64,000 bases of DNA from Flavobacteriaceae bacterium (GTDB lineage Bacteria; Bacteroidota; Bacteroidia; Flavobacteriales; Flavobacteriaceae): positions 114,580 through 178,579 of the forward strand of contig CBFHKZ010000003.1 in assembly GCA_965656545.1 (NCBI GenBank), given 5' to 3'. This document shows, piece after piece, positions 28,713-37,412 of the stretch (its first letter is position 1; every line of letters starts with the position of its first letter). The notes below the pieces were generated by a model that saw nothing but the letters and a program-made list of their open reading frames with translations, made no database searches and was not told the origin of the DNA. The position numbers and the translations under genes are program-made.

Positions 28713-28824
28713 GTTTTAAGAACAAATCACAAATACCCAAGAAAATCCTAAAGAAAGGTGTTGTTGCAGGCCTAAAAAGAAGAACAGACTTGGGGTTTGT
28801 TCACCACTAAAGTAGTAAAAAAAA
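28713..28824. repeat. leader repeat copy 2 (directly upstream of the lipoprotein gene)
   Basis: See copy 1. It is in the same orientation and starts about 8 nt upstream of the start codon. Confidence 0.9.
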
Positions 28825-28875
28825 GTTTACGCTGAGTTTATCGAAGCGTACTGATCCTGCCTGTCGTCAGGCAGG
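28817..28875 (-). terminator. lysA 3' hairpins (REP-like) with a T-tract
   Basis: The hairpin CCTGCCTG-tcgt-CAGGCAGG lies at 28856-28875. The hairpin TACGCT..AGCGTA lies at 28828-28850 and encloses the CTGAGTTTATCGAAG motif also seen at 767-836. On the minus strand it is followed by T8 (28817-28824). Confidence 0.55.
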
Positions 28876-28918
28876 CTTGTCGAAATCACCTTTAAAAAGT
28901 TCTCGTATTCTATTTCAG

Positions 28919-30139
28919 CTACACCTCCACTGCATCAAAAGCCATCACCACTTGGTTTTTTACCAAATCGTCAAAGCTTTCCGCTTGGCGGATTAGATGT
29001 GCTTCGCCATTGTGCCACAGTACTTCGGCTGGGCGGTAGCGGGAGTTGTAGTTGCTTGCCATGGTAAAGCAATAGGCACCAGCATTATGGAAACACAATA
29101 CGTCCCCATCGCTGATTTCCGCAATCTTGCGGTTGTTGGCAAAGGTGTCCGTCTCGCAGATATAGCCCACAACAGAGTAAAAACGCTCCCTGCCTTCAGG
29201 GTTGGAAATGTTTTCTATGCGGTGCTGCGCACCATAGAGCATGGGGCGTATCAAGTGGTTAAAACCACTGTTTACCTGTGCAAATACCGTCGAGGTGGTT
29301 TGCTTAACCGAATTCACAGACGTGAGGAAATAACCCGCTTGGGACACCAAAAACTTGCCCGGCTCAAAGGCCAATACCAGTTCTTTGCCGTAGTCTGCGC
29401 AAAAGGCATTAAAACGAACGCTTAATTTCTCGCCCAATTCCTCTATGTTGGTTTCGTTATCGCCTGGCTTGTAGGGTACTTTAAACCCACTGCCAAAGTC
29501 CAAAAATTCCAAGTCTTTAAATTGCCGTGCCGTGTCAAAAAGGATTTCGGCAGCATGTAGGAATACTTCAATATCCAAAATATCACTTCCGGTATGCATA
29601 TGTACCCCGTTGATATTCATGCCTGTGTTTTCAACAATACGCAATACGTGCGGCATCTGGTGAATACTGATGCCAAACTTGGAGTCGATATGCCCCACAG
29701 AAATATTGGCATTACCGCCCGCCATGATGTGCGGGTTGATGCGGATGCAAACCGGCACCGTTGGATGAGCAGTACCAAACTGTTCCAATACAGAGAGGTT
29801 GTCTATGTTAATTTGTACGCCAAGGGTCGCTACCTCTTCTATTTCAGATAGGGAAACACCATTGGGGGTAAAGATGATTTCTTTGGGTGGTACACCGGCT
29901 TCCAAACCCAGTTGTACTTCCTGTATGGATACGGTATCCAGTCCTGCGCCCAAGTGATGCATCCATTTGAGTACGCTGAGGTTTGAAAGCGCTTTCACGG
30001 CATAGTTGATACGCAGTTGAGGTACTGCGCTAAAAGCGTTGGTCAGTCTGTTGTATTGCGCTTCCATGATATGGGCGTCATATACGTATATGGGACTGCC
30101 ATGTGTTTCGCTTATCTGTACTAAATCTTGGTGCTGCAT
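28919..30139 (-). CDS. lysA: diaminopimelate decarboxylase
   Basis: MQHQDLVQISETHGSPIYVYD start. PLP-site YAVKALSN. HMHTGS, EPGK and GAYCF motifs. The 41-codon N-terminal extension in the track is hydrophobic junk and I rejected it. Confidence 0.92.
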   Translation of the reverse strand: MQHQDLVQISETHGSPIYVYDAHIMEAQYNRLTNAFSAVPQLRINYAVKALSNLSVLKWMHHLGAGLDTVSIQEVQLGLEAGVPPKEIIFTPNGVSLSEIEEVATLGVQINIDNLSVLEQFGTAHPTVPVCIRINPHIMAGGNANISVGHIDSKFGISIHQMPHVLRIVENTGMNINGVHMHTGSDILDIEVFLHAAEILFDTARQFKDLEFLDFGSGFKVPYKPGDNETNIEELGEKLSVRFNAFCADYGKELVLAFEPGKFLVSQAGYFLTSVNSVKQTTSTVFAQVNSGFNHLIRPMLYGAQHRIENISNPEGRERFYSVVGYICETDTFANNRKIAEISDGDVLCFHNAGAYCFTMASNYNSRYRPAEVLWHNGEAHLIRQAESFDDLVKNQVVMAFDAVEV

Positions 30140-30154
30140 CGCATAAGTTTTGCG

Positions 30155-30162
30155 CAAATGTA
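30155..30162 (-). promoter_or_regulatory. -7 box TACATTTG upstream of lysA
   Basis: Reverse complement reads TACATTTG, 15 nt upstream of the ATG at 30139. Confidence 0.35.
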
Positions 30163-30278
30163 AGTTTTTAGGAAATGCTGTAAGAGGTAAAAAGCGAAAT
30201 ATATTAAAAATCAAACAAGATGTTGTAAATATAACAAACAAGTTTTGTGTTAGGGGAGTCATAAGCTCGTTTGATTGC

Positions 30279-30286
30279 CTATTTTT
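30279..30286 (+). promoter_or_regulatory. -7 box TATTTTTG upstream of sucC
   Basis: Exact TAnnTTTG match, 20 nt before the ATG at 30307. Confidence 0.35.
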
Positions 30287-30306
30287 GCAACGAATAATTT
30301 ACACCC

Positions 30307-31497
30307 ATGAACGTACACGAATACCAAGGAAAAGAGATTTTAGCCAAGTTTGGCGTAGGCGTACAGCGCGGAATAGTTGCCACAACCCCAGAAGAGGCAA
30401 CGGCCGCAGCAAAGCAATTAACCGAAGAAACGGGAACCGGCTGGCATGTGATTAAAGCACAGGTACACGCTGGGGGTCGCGGAAAAGGAGGGGGTGTTAA
30501 GCTCGCCAAGTCTTTGGAAGAAGTCGCGCGTCTCTCGGAAGAAATTATCGGTATGCAGTTGGTTACCCCACAAACCACAGCCGAAGGAAAGAAAGTACAT
30601 CAAGTGCTGGTTGCTGAAGACGTTTATTATCCTGGCGATTCGGAGCCCGAAGAAATTTATATCTCGGTATTGCTGAACCGCACCACAGGTCGTAACATGA
30701 TTATGTATTCTACGGAAGGTGGAATGGATATTGAAAAAGTAGCCGAAGAAACACCAGAACTTATTTTCACAGAAGAAATTAATCCAACCGTAGGCTTGTT
30801 GCCTTTTCAGGCACGTAAGATTGCCTTTAACCTTGGGCTTTCGGGTCTTGCGTTCAAAGGCATGGTGAAGTTTGTATCGGCTTTATACAAGGCTTATGTG
30901 GGTGCAGATGCTGCCTTATTTGAAATCAATCCGGTATTAAAAACATCAGACGATAAGATTATCGCTGTTGATGCCAAGGTAACCCTAGACGACAATGCCT
31001 TGTTCCGTCATCCTGATTTTGCCGCCATGCGCGATATTCGTGAAGAAAACCCAACCGATGTGGCAGCACGTGAAGTGGGGCTTAACTACGTTCAGTTGGA
31101 CGGCAATGTAGGTTGTATGGTAAACGGCGCTGGATTGGCCATGGCGACCATGGATTTAATCAAGCAAGCAGGTGGTGATCCTGCCAACTTCCTAGATGTT
31201 GGCGGTACTGCCGATGCTGCTCGTGTAGAAGCTGCTTTCCGCATCATACTTCAAGACCCCAAGGTAAAGGCTATTTTGGTCAATATTTTTGGCGGTATTG
31301 TGCGTTGTGACCGTGTGGCGCAAGGCATTGTGGATGCTTATAAAAACATGGGTGATGCGATTCAAGTACCGATCATTGTGCGTTTGCAAGGCACCAATGC
31401 CGACATCGCAAAACAGCTGATAGATGATTCTGGGTTAGAAGTACAGAGTGCCATTTTATTCCAAGAAGCTGCCGATAAGGTACAGGAAGTACTCTGA
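30307..31497 (+). CDS. sucC: succinate-CoA ligase (ADP-forming) beta subunit
   Basis: 396 aa. MNVHEYQGKEILAKFGV start. ATP-grasp fold. GCMVNGAGLAMATMD and NIFGGIVRCD motifs. Confidence 0.95.
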   Translation: MNVHEYQGKEILAKFGVGVQRGIVATTPEEATAAAKQLTEETGTGWHVIKAQVHAGGRGKGGGVKLAKSLEEVARLSEEIIGMQLVTPQTTAEGKKVHQVLVAEDVYYPGDSEPEEIYISVLLNRTTGRNMIMYSTEGGMDIEKVAEETPELIFTEEINPTVGLLPFQARKIAFNLGLSGLAFKGMVKFVSALYKAYVGADAALFEINPVLKTSDDKIIAVDAKVTLDDNALFRHPDFAAMRDIREENPTDVAAREVGLNYVQLDGNVGCMVNGAGLAMATMDLIKQAGGDPANFLDVGGTADAARVEAAFRIILQDPKVKAILVNIFGGIVRCDRVAQGIVDAYKNMGDAIQVPIIVRLQGTNADIAKQLIDDSGLEVQSAILFQEAADKVQEVL

Positions 31498-31611
31498 TAG
31501 TTGACAAACTGTCAGTATTTATACATTAATTAACGACATAATGTCAGTATAGTTTGGTTGGTATATAAATTGCCATGAGGTAGGTGTATAACATTTAAAA
31601 CACTTAACATC

Positions 31612-32040
31612 ATGAATTTAATACGAAGAACATCAAACCCTTTATTCCCATCTTTATTAGATGAATTTTTTGGAAGCGACACGCCCTTTTCAGGTTTGTC
31701 AAACCGTTCCCATGTTCCGTCAGTGAACATTTCAGAAACGGACACAAATTTTGAATTGGCATTGGCTGCTCCTGGCAAAACCCGCAAGGACTTTAATGTG
31801 GAGTTAGACGACCATGTGTTGACAATTTCAAGTGAGTCTAAACACGAGGATGAATCCAAAACGGATCAATACACAAGACGTGAGTTTCGCTACGACAATT
31901 TCCAACGCAGTTTTAGATTGCCAGAAACCGTAGACACCGCAGGGATCAAGGCGAAGTACGAAAATGGTATTTTGACCATTAACCTGCCCAAACACGAGGA
32001 GGCCATCCCAGAACCCAAAAAGCAAATTGAAATAAAGTAA
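31612..32040 (+). CDS. Hsp20/alpha-crystallin family small heat-shock protein
   Basis: 142 aa. PSVNISETDTNFELALAAPG and ENGILTINLPK are typical ACD motifs. Confidence 0.9.
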   Translation: MNLIRRTSNPLFPSLLDEFFGSDTPFSGLSNRSHVPSVNISETDTNFELALAAPGKTRKDFNVELDDHVLTISSESKHEDESKTDQYTRREFRYDNFQRSFRLPETVDTAGIKAKYENGILTINLPKHEEAIPEPKKQIEIK

Positions 32041-32052
32041 GCTGTCTGACAG

Positions 32053-34041
32053 CTATGCCAATGTTTTAAGTTGGTTTTGGATGCGTTCAATCTCATCCCT
32101 AAAATGAGCCGCCTGGATAAAATCCATATCCATGGCGGCTTTTTCCATGTTTTTGCGGTTCTGACGCACCCGAGCTTGCAGCTGCTCTTTGGTTAGATAT
32201 GCAATGGGTTCAGCCGCTTCTCTTTTGATATAATCATCTGCAACCGTACTGCGATCAAAGGTTTCTTCCAATGCCTTATTTAGCGCTTGCGGGGTGATGT
32301 TGTGACGATCGTTGTACGCCATTTGCTTTTCGCGGCGATACTGCGTTTCGTCAATGGTCTTTTTCATGCTCTTGGTAACGTTATCGGCATACATGATGGC
32401 CTTGCCATTTAGGTTTCTAGCAGCACGACCAACCGTTTGGGTAAGCGAACGCGCCGAGCGCAGAAAGCCCTCTTTGTCAGCATCTAAAATAGCGACCAAC
32501 GATACTTCGGGCAGGTCTAATCCCTCTCGTAACAGGTTAACACCAATCAGTACATCAAAAAGTCCTTTGCGCAAATCGTGCATGATTTCTACCCGTTCTA
32601 GGGTATCAATGTCACTGTGGATATAGCGACAACGAATGGATATACGCGACAAATACTTGGTCAGTTCTTCGGCCATGCGCTTGGTTAGTGTGGTAACCAA
32701 TACCCGTTCGTCTTTTTCTGCCCGTTGTTGAATCTCTTCGACCAAATCATCTATTTGATTCAAGCTTGGACGCACTTCAATGATGGGATCAAGAAGTCCC
32801 GTTGGACGAATCAATTGTTCTACATAAACCCCTTCCGTTTTTTCAAGCTCATAATCTGAGGGCGTGGCACTCACATAAATCACCTGTTGCTGTAGTTGCT
32901 CAAACTCTTCGTATTTCAGTGGTCTGTTGTCCATGGCTGCTGGCAGCCTAAAGCCAAATTCAACCAAGTTCTCTTTTCTGCTTCTATCCCCACCGTACAT
33001 GGCATGTACTTGGGATAGCGTCACGTGGCTTTCATCTACGACCATCAAAAAATCATCTGGGAAGTAGTCCAACAAACAGAAGGGTCTGGTGCCGGGTGCA
33101 CGACCGTCTATATAGCGCGAATAGTTTTCAATTCCCGAGCAGTAGCCCAGTTCACGTATCATTTCCAAATCAAAATTGGTGCGCTCTTCCAGTCGTTTGG
33201 CTTCAAGGTGTTTGCCGATGTCTTTAAAGTAGTCCACTTGCGCCGTCAAATCATCTTGAATTTGATGAATGGCGTTTTGTAGCACCTCGGGTGAGGTGGC
33301 AAACATATTGGCCGGGTAAATGGTCAGTTTGTCAAAATTCTCTTTTATGTTCCCCGTCAGTGGGTCAAATACTTCAATAGCTTCAATTTCATCTCCAAAA
33401 AAATGAATCTTAAAGGCATGGTCGGCATAGCTTGGAAAAACGTCGACAATGTCTCCGTTTACGCGAAAGTTACCGTGCAAAAAGTCGGCAGTGGTGCGTG
33501 CATAGAGGCTTTGCACCAACTGGTGTAAAAATTTGGTTCTGGGAATGACTTGGTCCACTTCAATGTGAATCACATTCTTTTTGAATTCCACGGGATTTCC
33601 GATGCCGTATAAACAAGAAACAGAAGCAATTACGATTACATCCCTACGTCCAGACAGCAGGGCAGAGGTGGTGCTTAAACGCAGCTTTTCAATCTCATCG
33701 TTAACAGACAAGTCTTTTTCGATATAGGTGCCTGTGGTGGGGATATATGCCTCCGGCTGGTAGTAGTCGTAATAGGACACAAAATATTCAACCGCATTGT
33801 TGGGAAAGAATTGCTTGAATTCAGAATAGAGTTGTGCTGCTAGGGTTTTGTTGTGTGCCAGTACGAGCGTAGGACGACGGGTTTCTGCAATCACATTGGC
33901 AACCGTAAAGGTCTTTCCCGATCCCGTAACGCCCAACAGGGTTTGGAATTTGTCTTGTGAGGCAAGGCCTTGCGCCAATTGACGGATGGCAGCAGGTTGA
34001 TCCCCAGTGGGTTTAAAGTCAGAAACAAGTTGAAACTCCAT
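32053..34041 (-). CDS. uvrB: excinuclease ABC subunit B
   Basis: 662 aa. Walker A GVTGSGKT, DESH box, beta-hairpin region and C-terminal UVR domain. Confidence 0.96.
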   Translation of the reverse strand: MEFQLVSDFKPTGDQPAAIRQLAQGLASQDKFQTLLGVTGSGKTFTVANVIAETRRPTLVLAHNKTLAAQLYSEFKQFFPNNAVEYFVSYYDYYQPEAYIPTTGTYIEKDLSVNDEIEKLRLSTTSALLSGRRDVIVIASVSCLYGIGNPVEFKKNVIHIEVDQVIPRTKFLHQLVQSLYARTTADFLHGNFRVNGDIVDVFPSYADHAFKIHFFGDEIEAIEVFDPLTGNIKENFDKLTIYPANMFATSPEVLQNAIHQIQDDLTAQVDYFKDIGKHLEAKRLEERTNFDLEMIRELGYCSGIENYSRYIDGRAPGTRPFCLLDYFPDDFLMVVDESHVTLSQVHAMYGGDRSRKENLVEFGFRLPAAMDNRPLKYEEFEQLQQQVIYVSATPSDYELEKTEGVYVEQLIRPTGLLDPIIEVRPSLNQIDDLVEEIQQRAEKDERVLVTTLTKRMAEELTKYLSRISIRCRYIHSDIDTLERVEIMHDLRKGLFDVLIGVNLLREGLDLPEVSLVAILDADKEGFLRSARSLTQTVGRAARNLNGKAIMYADNVTKSMKKTIDETQYRREKQMAYNDRHNITPQALNKALEETFDRSTVADDYIKREAAEPIAYLTKEQLQARVRQNRKNMEKAAMDMDFIQAAHFRDEIERIQNQLKTLA

Positions 34042-34048
34042 AGCTTGC

Positions 34049-34056
34049 CAAAAATA
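34049..34056 (-). promoter_or_regulatory. -7 box TATTTTTG, 7 nt upstream of the uvrB ATG
   Basis: Reverse complement reads TATTTTTG, inside the 23-nt gap after the ABC permease gene. Confidence 0.35.
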
Positions 34057-34064
34057 GCAAAAAC

Positions 34065-34898
34065 TTAGAGGTCACGGCGTTTTAATAAGCGATATGTCAA
34101 TGCGTAAAAAATAAAGCACCAAGCCGACACAATAAGCATGTCCAAAAGTTGTACGTCTGTGTTCTTGGTCATTTGTTCGCCCACTTGATCTGCTAGGTTA
34201 CGCACCGCAGAGAGGCGTGAAAAAGGTTCGCGCACCAGATTGCTCATGGCGTTAAGCGGAAAAAAGCGGTATACATCTTCTGCATTTAACCATTCTGGCG
34301 ACTTCCATTTGAGCATGCCATAGCAAAAGCCCTCAAACATCTGCCATATCCCCAAGAAACCAAGGGCAAATGCTGACCGCTTGATGGCCGTGCCCAAAAA
34401 CAAACAAAAAGCAAAAAAGGTCATCAGTTTGAGAAAGTATGCCGCCAAGTATTCCAGGTCTTGCACGATGATGGAGAACTCGTTGTAATTCGAATAAACC
34501 AACCCAAGAATCAGAGAGACTACAAAAATAAATAACGTAGATATGGCGGCAAGGGAAAAAATCATCGCCCATTTGGAATGGAGAAACTCTCGTTTGCTGA
34601 GTCCGTCTATCAGGTTTTGCTTGATGGTTTTGTTGCTGTATTCGTTTGCCGTCATGGAAACGATAACCACGGCTAGAAATATCTTAAACCACGCGCCGAT
34701 ATAGGCGTTAAAATGCCATATATATGGGAAGTTAAAGATGCCTTGCTCTGCAAGATGAAACTTAATGGGGCCAACGTCAAATTTGATGGCGGCAATAAGT
34801 GCAATTGAGGTAAGCAATATAAAATAAGCACCAATCAGGATGCGGCTTGAGCGATTGGCACGTAGCTTTTCAAATTCAATTAAAAACAATCGTTTCAT
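34065..34898 (-). CDS. ABC-2 type transporter permease
   Basis: 277 aa with about 6 TM segments. It overlaps the upstream ATPase gene by 4 nt. Confidence 0.75.
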   Translation of the reverse strand: MKRLFLIEFEKLRANRSSRILIGAYFILLTSIALIAAIKFDVGPIKFHLAEQGIFNFPYIWHFNAYIGAWFKIFLAVVIVSMTANEYSNKTIKQNLIDGLSKREFLHSKWAMIFSLAAISTLFIFVVSLILGLVYSNYNEFSIIVQDLEYLAAYFLKLMTFFAFCLFLGTAIKRSAFALGFLGIWQMFEGFCYGMLKWKSPEWLNAEDVYRFFPLNAMSNLVREPFSRLSAVRNLADQVGEQMTKNTDVQLLDMLIVSAWCFIFYALTYRLLKRRDL

Positions 34899-35797
34899 GC
34901 CTTATTTTTTTTGGTTAGGGTTAAGAACTGTTCTTCGAGGCTTTTGTGTTTTTTTGCCAAATGTGTCAGTACAATTCCTTTGCTAGTCAGTGCCTTGCTG
35001 AGCACTTCTACGCTCAAGACTTCATTCGGATAGGCAAGAATCAAGGCCCCTTGTTGCTCCACTTCTTTGATATCTTTGTTGCTCTTTAGCTCATTTATTA
35101 AAGCAGAAACATCAGTTGCATTAAGCTCAAAATAGCCATGGTCTGTGGTCAATGCGGTTACAGGTCCAAAATAGATTTGTTTGCCTTTTTGCAAGACCAG
35201 CACATGCGAACATACTTTTTCTACCTCGTCCAAAAGATGGGAGGCTAGCAGAATGGTGGTGCCTTGGGCAGCAATTTTAAAAATGATATCCCTAACCTGT
35301 GCAATTCCTTGTGGGTCTAGCCCGTTGGTAGGTTCGTCAAGAATGAGAATTTCGGGATCGTTGAGCAGGGCGGAGGCAATAGCTAGTCGCTGCTTCATCC
35401 CGAGGGAATAGGTTTTAAATTTATCGTGTTTTCGATCCAGCAAATCCACCAATTCGAGTTTTTCTTCAATTTTGGATTGGGGTACTTCCTTTATCCTACA
35501 AACCAGGCGCAAGTTTTGCGCTGCCGTCATAAAAGGATAGAAATTAGGTCGTTCGATGATGGCACCTACACGCTTTAGTGCTTGATGCGTGCTTTGGCTT
35601 CCGCCAAACCAAGAAAAATTTCCTCCGGTCGGATTGACTACATTGAGGATCATGCCTAGTGTGGTTGATTTGCCACTGCCGTTTGGGCCCAGCATACCAT
35701 ATACATTCCCTTTTTCTATGGAAAAGCTAAGTCGATTTACAGCCGTTAGGTGACCAAATTTTTTGGTCAGTTCATTTACGTTTAGAATGGGTTCCAT
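34895..35797 (-). CDS. ABC transporter ATP-binding protein
   Basis: 300 aa. Walker A GPNGSGKST, signature YSLGMKQR and Walker B ILILDEP. Confidence 0.92.
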   Translation of the reverse strand: MEPILNVNELTKKFGHLTAVNRLSFSIEKGNVYGMLGPNGSGKSTTLGMILNVVNPTGGNFSWFGGSQSTHQALKRVGAIIERPNFYPFMTAAQNLRLVCRIKEVPQSKIEEKLELVDLLDRKHDKFKTYSLGMKQRLAIASALLNDPEILILDEPTNGLDPQGIAQVRDIIFKIAAQGTTILLASHLLDEVEKVCSHVLVLQKGKQIYFGPVTALTTDHGYFELNATDVSALINELKSNKDIKEVEQQGALILAYPNEVLSVEVLSKALTSKGIVLTHLAKKHKSLEEQFLTLTKKNKA

Positions 35798-35840
35798 AGT
35801 TGTATTAACGCATCAAGGCTGATTTTGTTACGCAAAGTTT

Positions 35841-35848
35841 TAACTTTG
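35841..35848 (+). promoter_or_regulatory. -7 box TAACTTTG, 5 nt before the ATG at 35854
   Basis: Exact TAnnTTTG match. Confidence 0.4.
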
Positions 35849-35853
35849 TTCCT

Positions 35854-36918
35854 ATGAGCGATATGCTAATTACGAAAAAAAAGCCAACATACCCCATCAA
35901 TCCATTCCTTGGGGATTATTTGGAATTGTACTCACGGGCGTATCAAATCCCGGTTTTTTACGATGATTTGCTTCGCTTTTCGGGTTCAGTGGCGGTGATG
36001 AATAAGCACGACCAAGACAGCTTGTGGGTGCGTGTGTTTTATTCAGATAGCGACCGTAAGGAAATAGACGAGCAGCTAAAGCGCGTATATGCCTTGCTGC
36101 ATTCAGACGGAAGCGCCATGACCATTCCCTACTTAAATGTAGATGCCATTGACTATTGCACCTTTGGTAACTCCAAGCCCTTTCGTGTTAAAGTGCGGAA
36201 CACACTCAACGATAACTTTATTTATTTCTACGTAAAAAAGGCGGATGCCTCTCGTGTTTACGGCTTAGAGCTTGAACACATGCTTTCCCCAAACAACCTC
36301 AACTTTTTGGTGAATAAAAACACGCTCATTGAAGAGCATATTGCAGGCATACCGGGAGATGAGTTTATCAAAGATTTTTTACCTAAATGCAGCAAATCCG
36401 AACGCAATCAAATTGCCAAATCCTTTGTCAAATTCAACGAGCGCTGCATGATACGTTTGCTGGGTGATATGCGATCTTACAATTATGTGATTATCCCTAT
36501 TCACGATTTTGATAAGGTGATTTATAAAATCCGTGCCATCGATTTTGATCAGCAGTGCTATGAGGGTAATTTAAAGATTTACCGCCCCCAGTTTTTTAAG
36601 GAAAATTTCGACATGGTCATGCTTGTTAAAGATCATTTGACCAAAACATCTGTCGATCAATATAAAATTGAGGAACGGGCCACTGTTGCACGTCGTATTT
36701 TAGGCAACGAAACAAGGTTAACACATTTGCTTAAATGTATGTTGAACGACCATATTTCGACCCCTGAGAAAATTGAACAATTGCGTGAAGAGGTTTACGA
36801 ACTCACAAAACAGCTATCGTTTAAAAAGAGTAAGTCTATGGGTGATATTATGCGCGCCTCATTTCATTTTGTAAAGCGCAACTACGAAAACCACGAAATG
36901 CTTCGTGTGGACAATTAA
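35854..36918 (+). CDS. conserved hypothetical protein (weak protein-kinase-like motifs)
   Basis: 354-aa ORF. LIEEHIAGIPGDEF, LLGDMRSYNYVII and IRAIDFDQ loosely recall the hinge, catalytic loop and DFG-like elements of atypical kinases. No confident family. Confidence 0.5.
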   Translation: MSDMLITKKKPTYPINPFLGDYLELYSRAYQIPVFYDDLLRFSGSVAVMNKHDQDSLWVRVFYSDSDRKEIDEQLKRVYALLHSDGSAMTIPYLNVDAIDYCTFGNSKPFRVKVRNTLNDNFIYFYVKKADASRVYGLELEHMLSPNNLNFLVNKNTLIEEHIAGIPGDEFIKDFLPKCSKSERNQIAKSFVKFNERCMIRLLGDMRSYNYVIIPIHDFDKVIYKIRAIDFDQQCYEGNLKIYRPQFFKENFDMVMLVKDHLTKTSVDQYKIEERATVARRILGNETRLTHLLKCMLNDHISTPEKIEQLREEVYELTKQLSFKKSKSMGDIMRASFHFVKRNYENHEMLRVDN

Positions 36919-37412
36919 TACCAGTCTTGTGAGCTGTCTTCTATGTCTTCGTCAAGGCCATTCTCTTCAAAAGAATCATCATTCCACGCATCTTTATCAG
37001 CACTAAATGTTTTTTCTGGTGCTTCTTCCGGAACATCTCCGTGGGTATAAATAAGCATGGGATAGGTGTTTCCGGGTTTTGGCTCATCGGTTTCGATTAG
37101 CTCAACAAAAAAGGTCCATAAGTTTAAGAAATCATAGACGTAAAGCATTTTGGACACATCGGGAAACACGGAGTTTAGCGGGGTGTCACTCATACGACGA
37201 ACACTTTCGTCCCCAACATCAAACAATGAAATGGAATCTCCTTGTTTCCATTCGTCGTCACTTTCGTAAAAGATGGCCATTTCTGAACCTCCAAAGCCAA
37301 AGGCCTGCGTGATGGCGTTGTGGAAATCTTCAAAGTTGTCCGTTTCTTCGAGTGCAATGTCTCTAAAAACGTCTTCTTTGGTGTCTAAAATAAGTCTAAA
37401 ATGATAAATCAT
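36915..37412 (-). CDS. pRiA4b ORF-3-like family protein (also annotated as IS1096 passenger TnpR family)
   Basis: MIYHFRLILDTKEDVFRDIALEETDNFEDFHNAITQAFGF matches the characteristic N-terminus. The ATG at 37412 was chosen. The track extension overlaps the upstream gene. Confidence 0.7.
   Translation of the reverse strand: MIYHFRLILDTKEDVFRDIALEETDNFEDFHNAITQAFGFGGSEMAIFYESDDEWKQGDSISLFDVGDESVRRMSDTPLNSVFPDVSKMLYVYDFLNLWTFFVELIETDEPKPGNTYPMLIYTHGDVPEEAPEKTFSADKDAWNDDSFEENGLDEDIEDSSQDWY

Noticed and set aside
25729-28824. Calling the AT-rich islet a defined integrative mobile element or prophage remnant.
   Set aside because: It has no integrase, transposase or relaxase, no tRNA target and no inverted repeats. 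The only support is the direct repeats and the composition, so I report it as a finding and not as a mobile_element feature.
30140-30262. N-terminal extensions in the track ORFs: lysA 30140-30262, pRiA4b-like 37413-37532, dapD 47531-47584, aroE 52261-52281, DUF368 54105-54137, fur 60195-60215, rpmB 11348-11371, FAH 9370-9447, exonuclease 8648-8680, GT fusion 42243-42272.
   Set aside because: The extensions overlap upstream genes or promoter boxes, use GTG/TTG starts, or add non-homologous hydrophobic residues. Internal ATGs reproduce the canonical family N-termini.
31503-31530. A sigma70-like TTGACA (31503-31508) with a downstream TATACA as an E. coli-type promoter for hsp20.
   Set aside because: The spacing is about 13 nt rather than 17. 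Bacteroidota primary sigma factors use TTTG/TAnnTTTG. I kept the palindromes only as a regulatory-site hypothesis.
36915-37412. Possible mobile element, suggested by the family name (IS1096 passenger TnpR / pRiA4b ORF-3).
   Set aside because: There is no transposase, no inverted repeats and no compositional shift. The gene is translationally coupled to the ctaA-like gene within a housekeeping operon.
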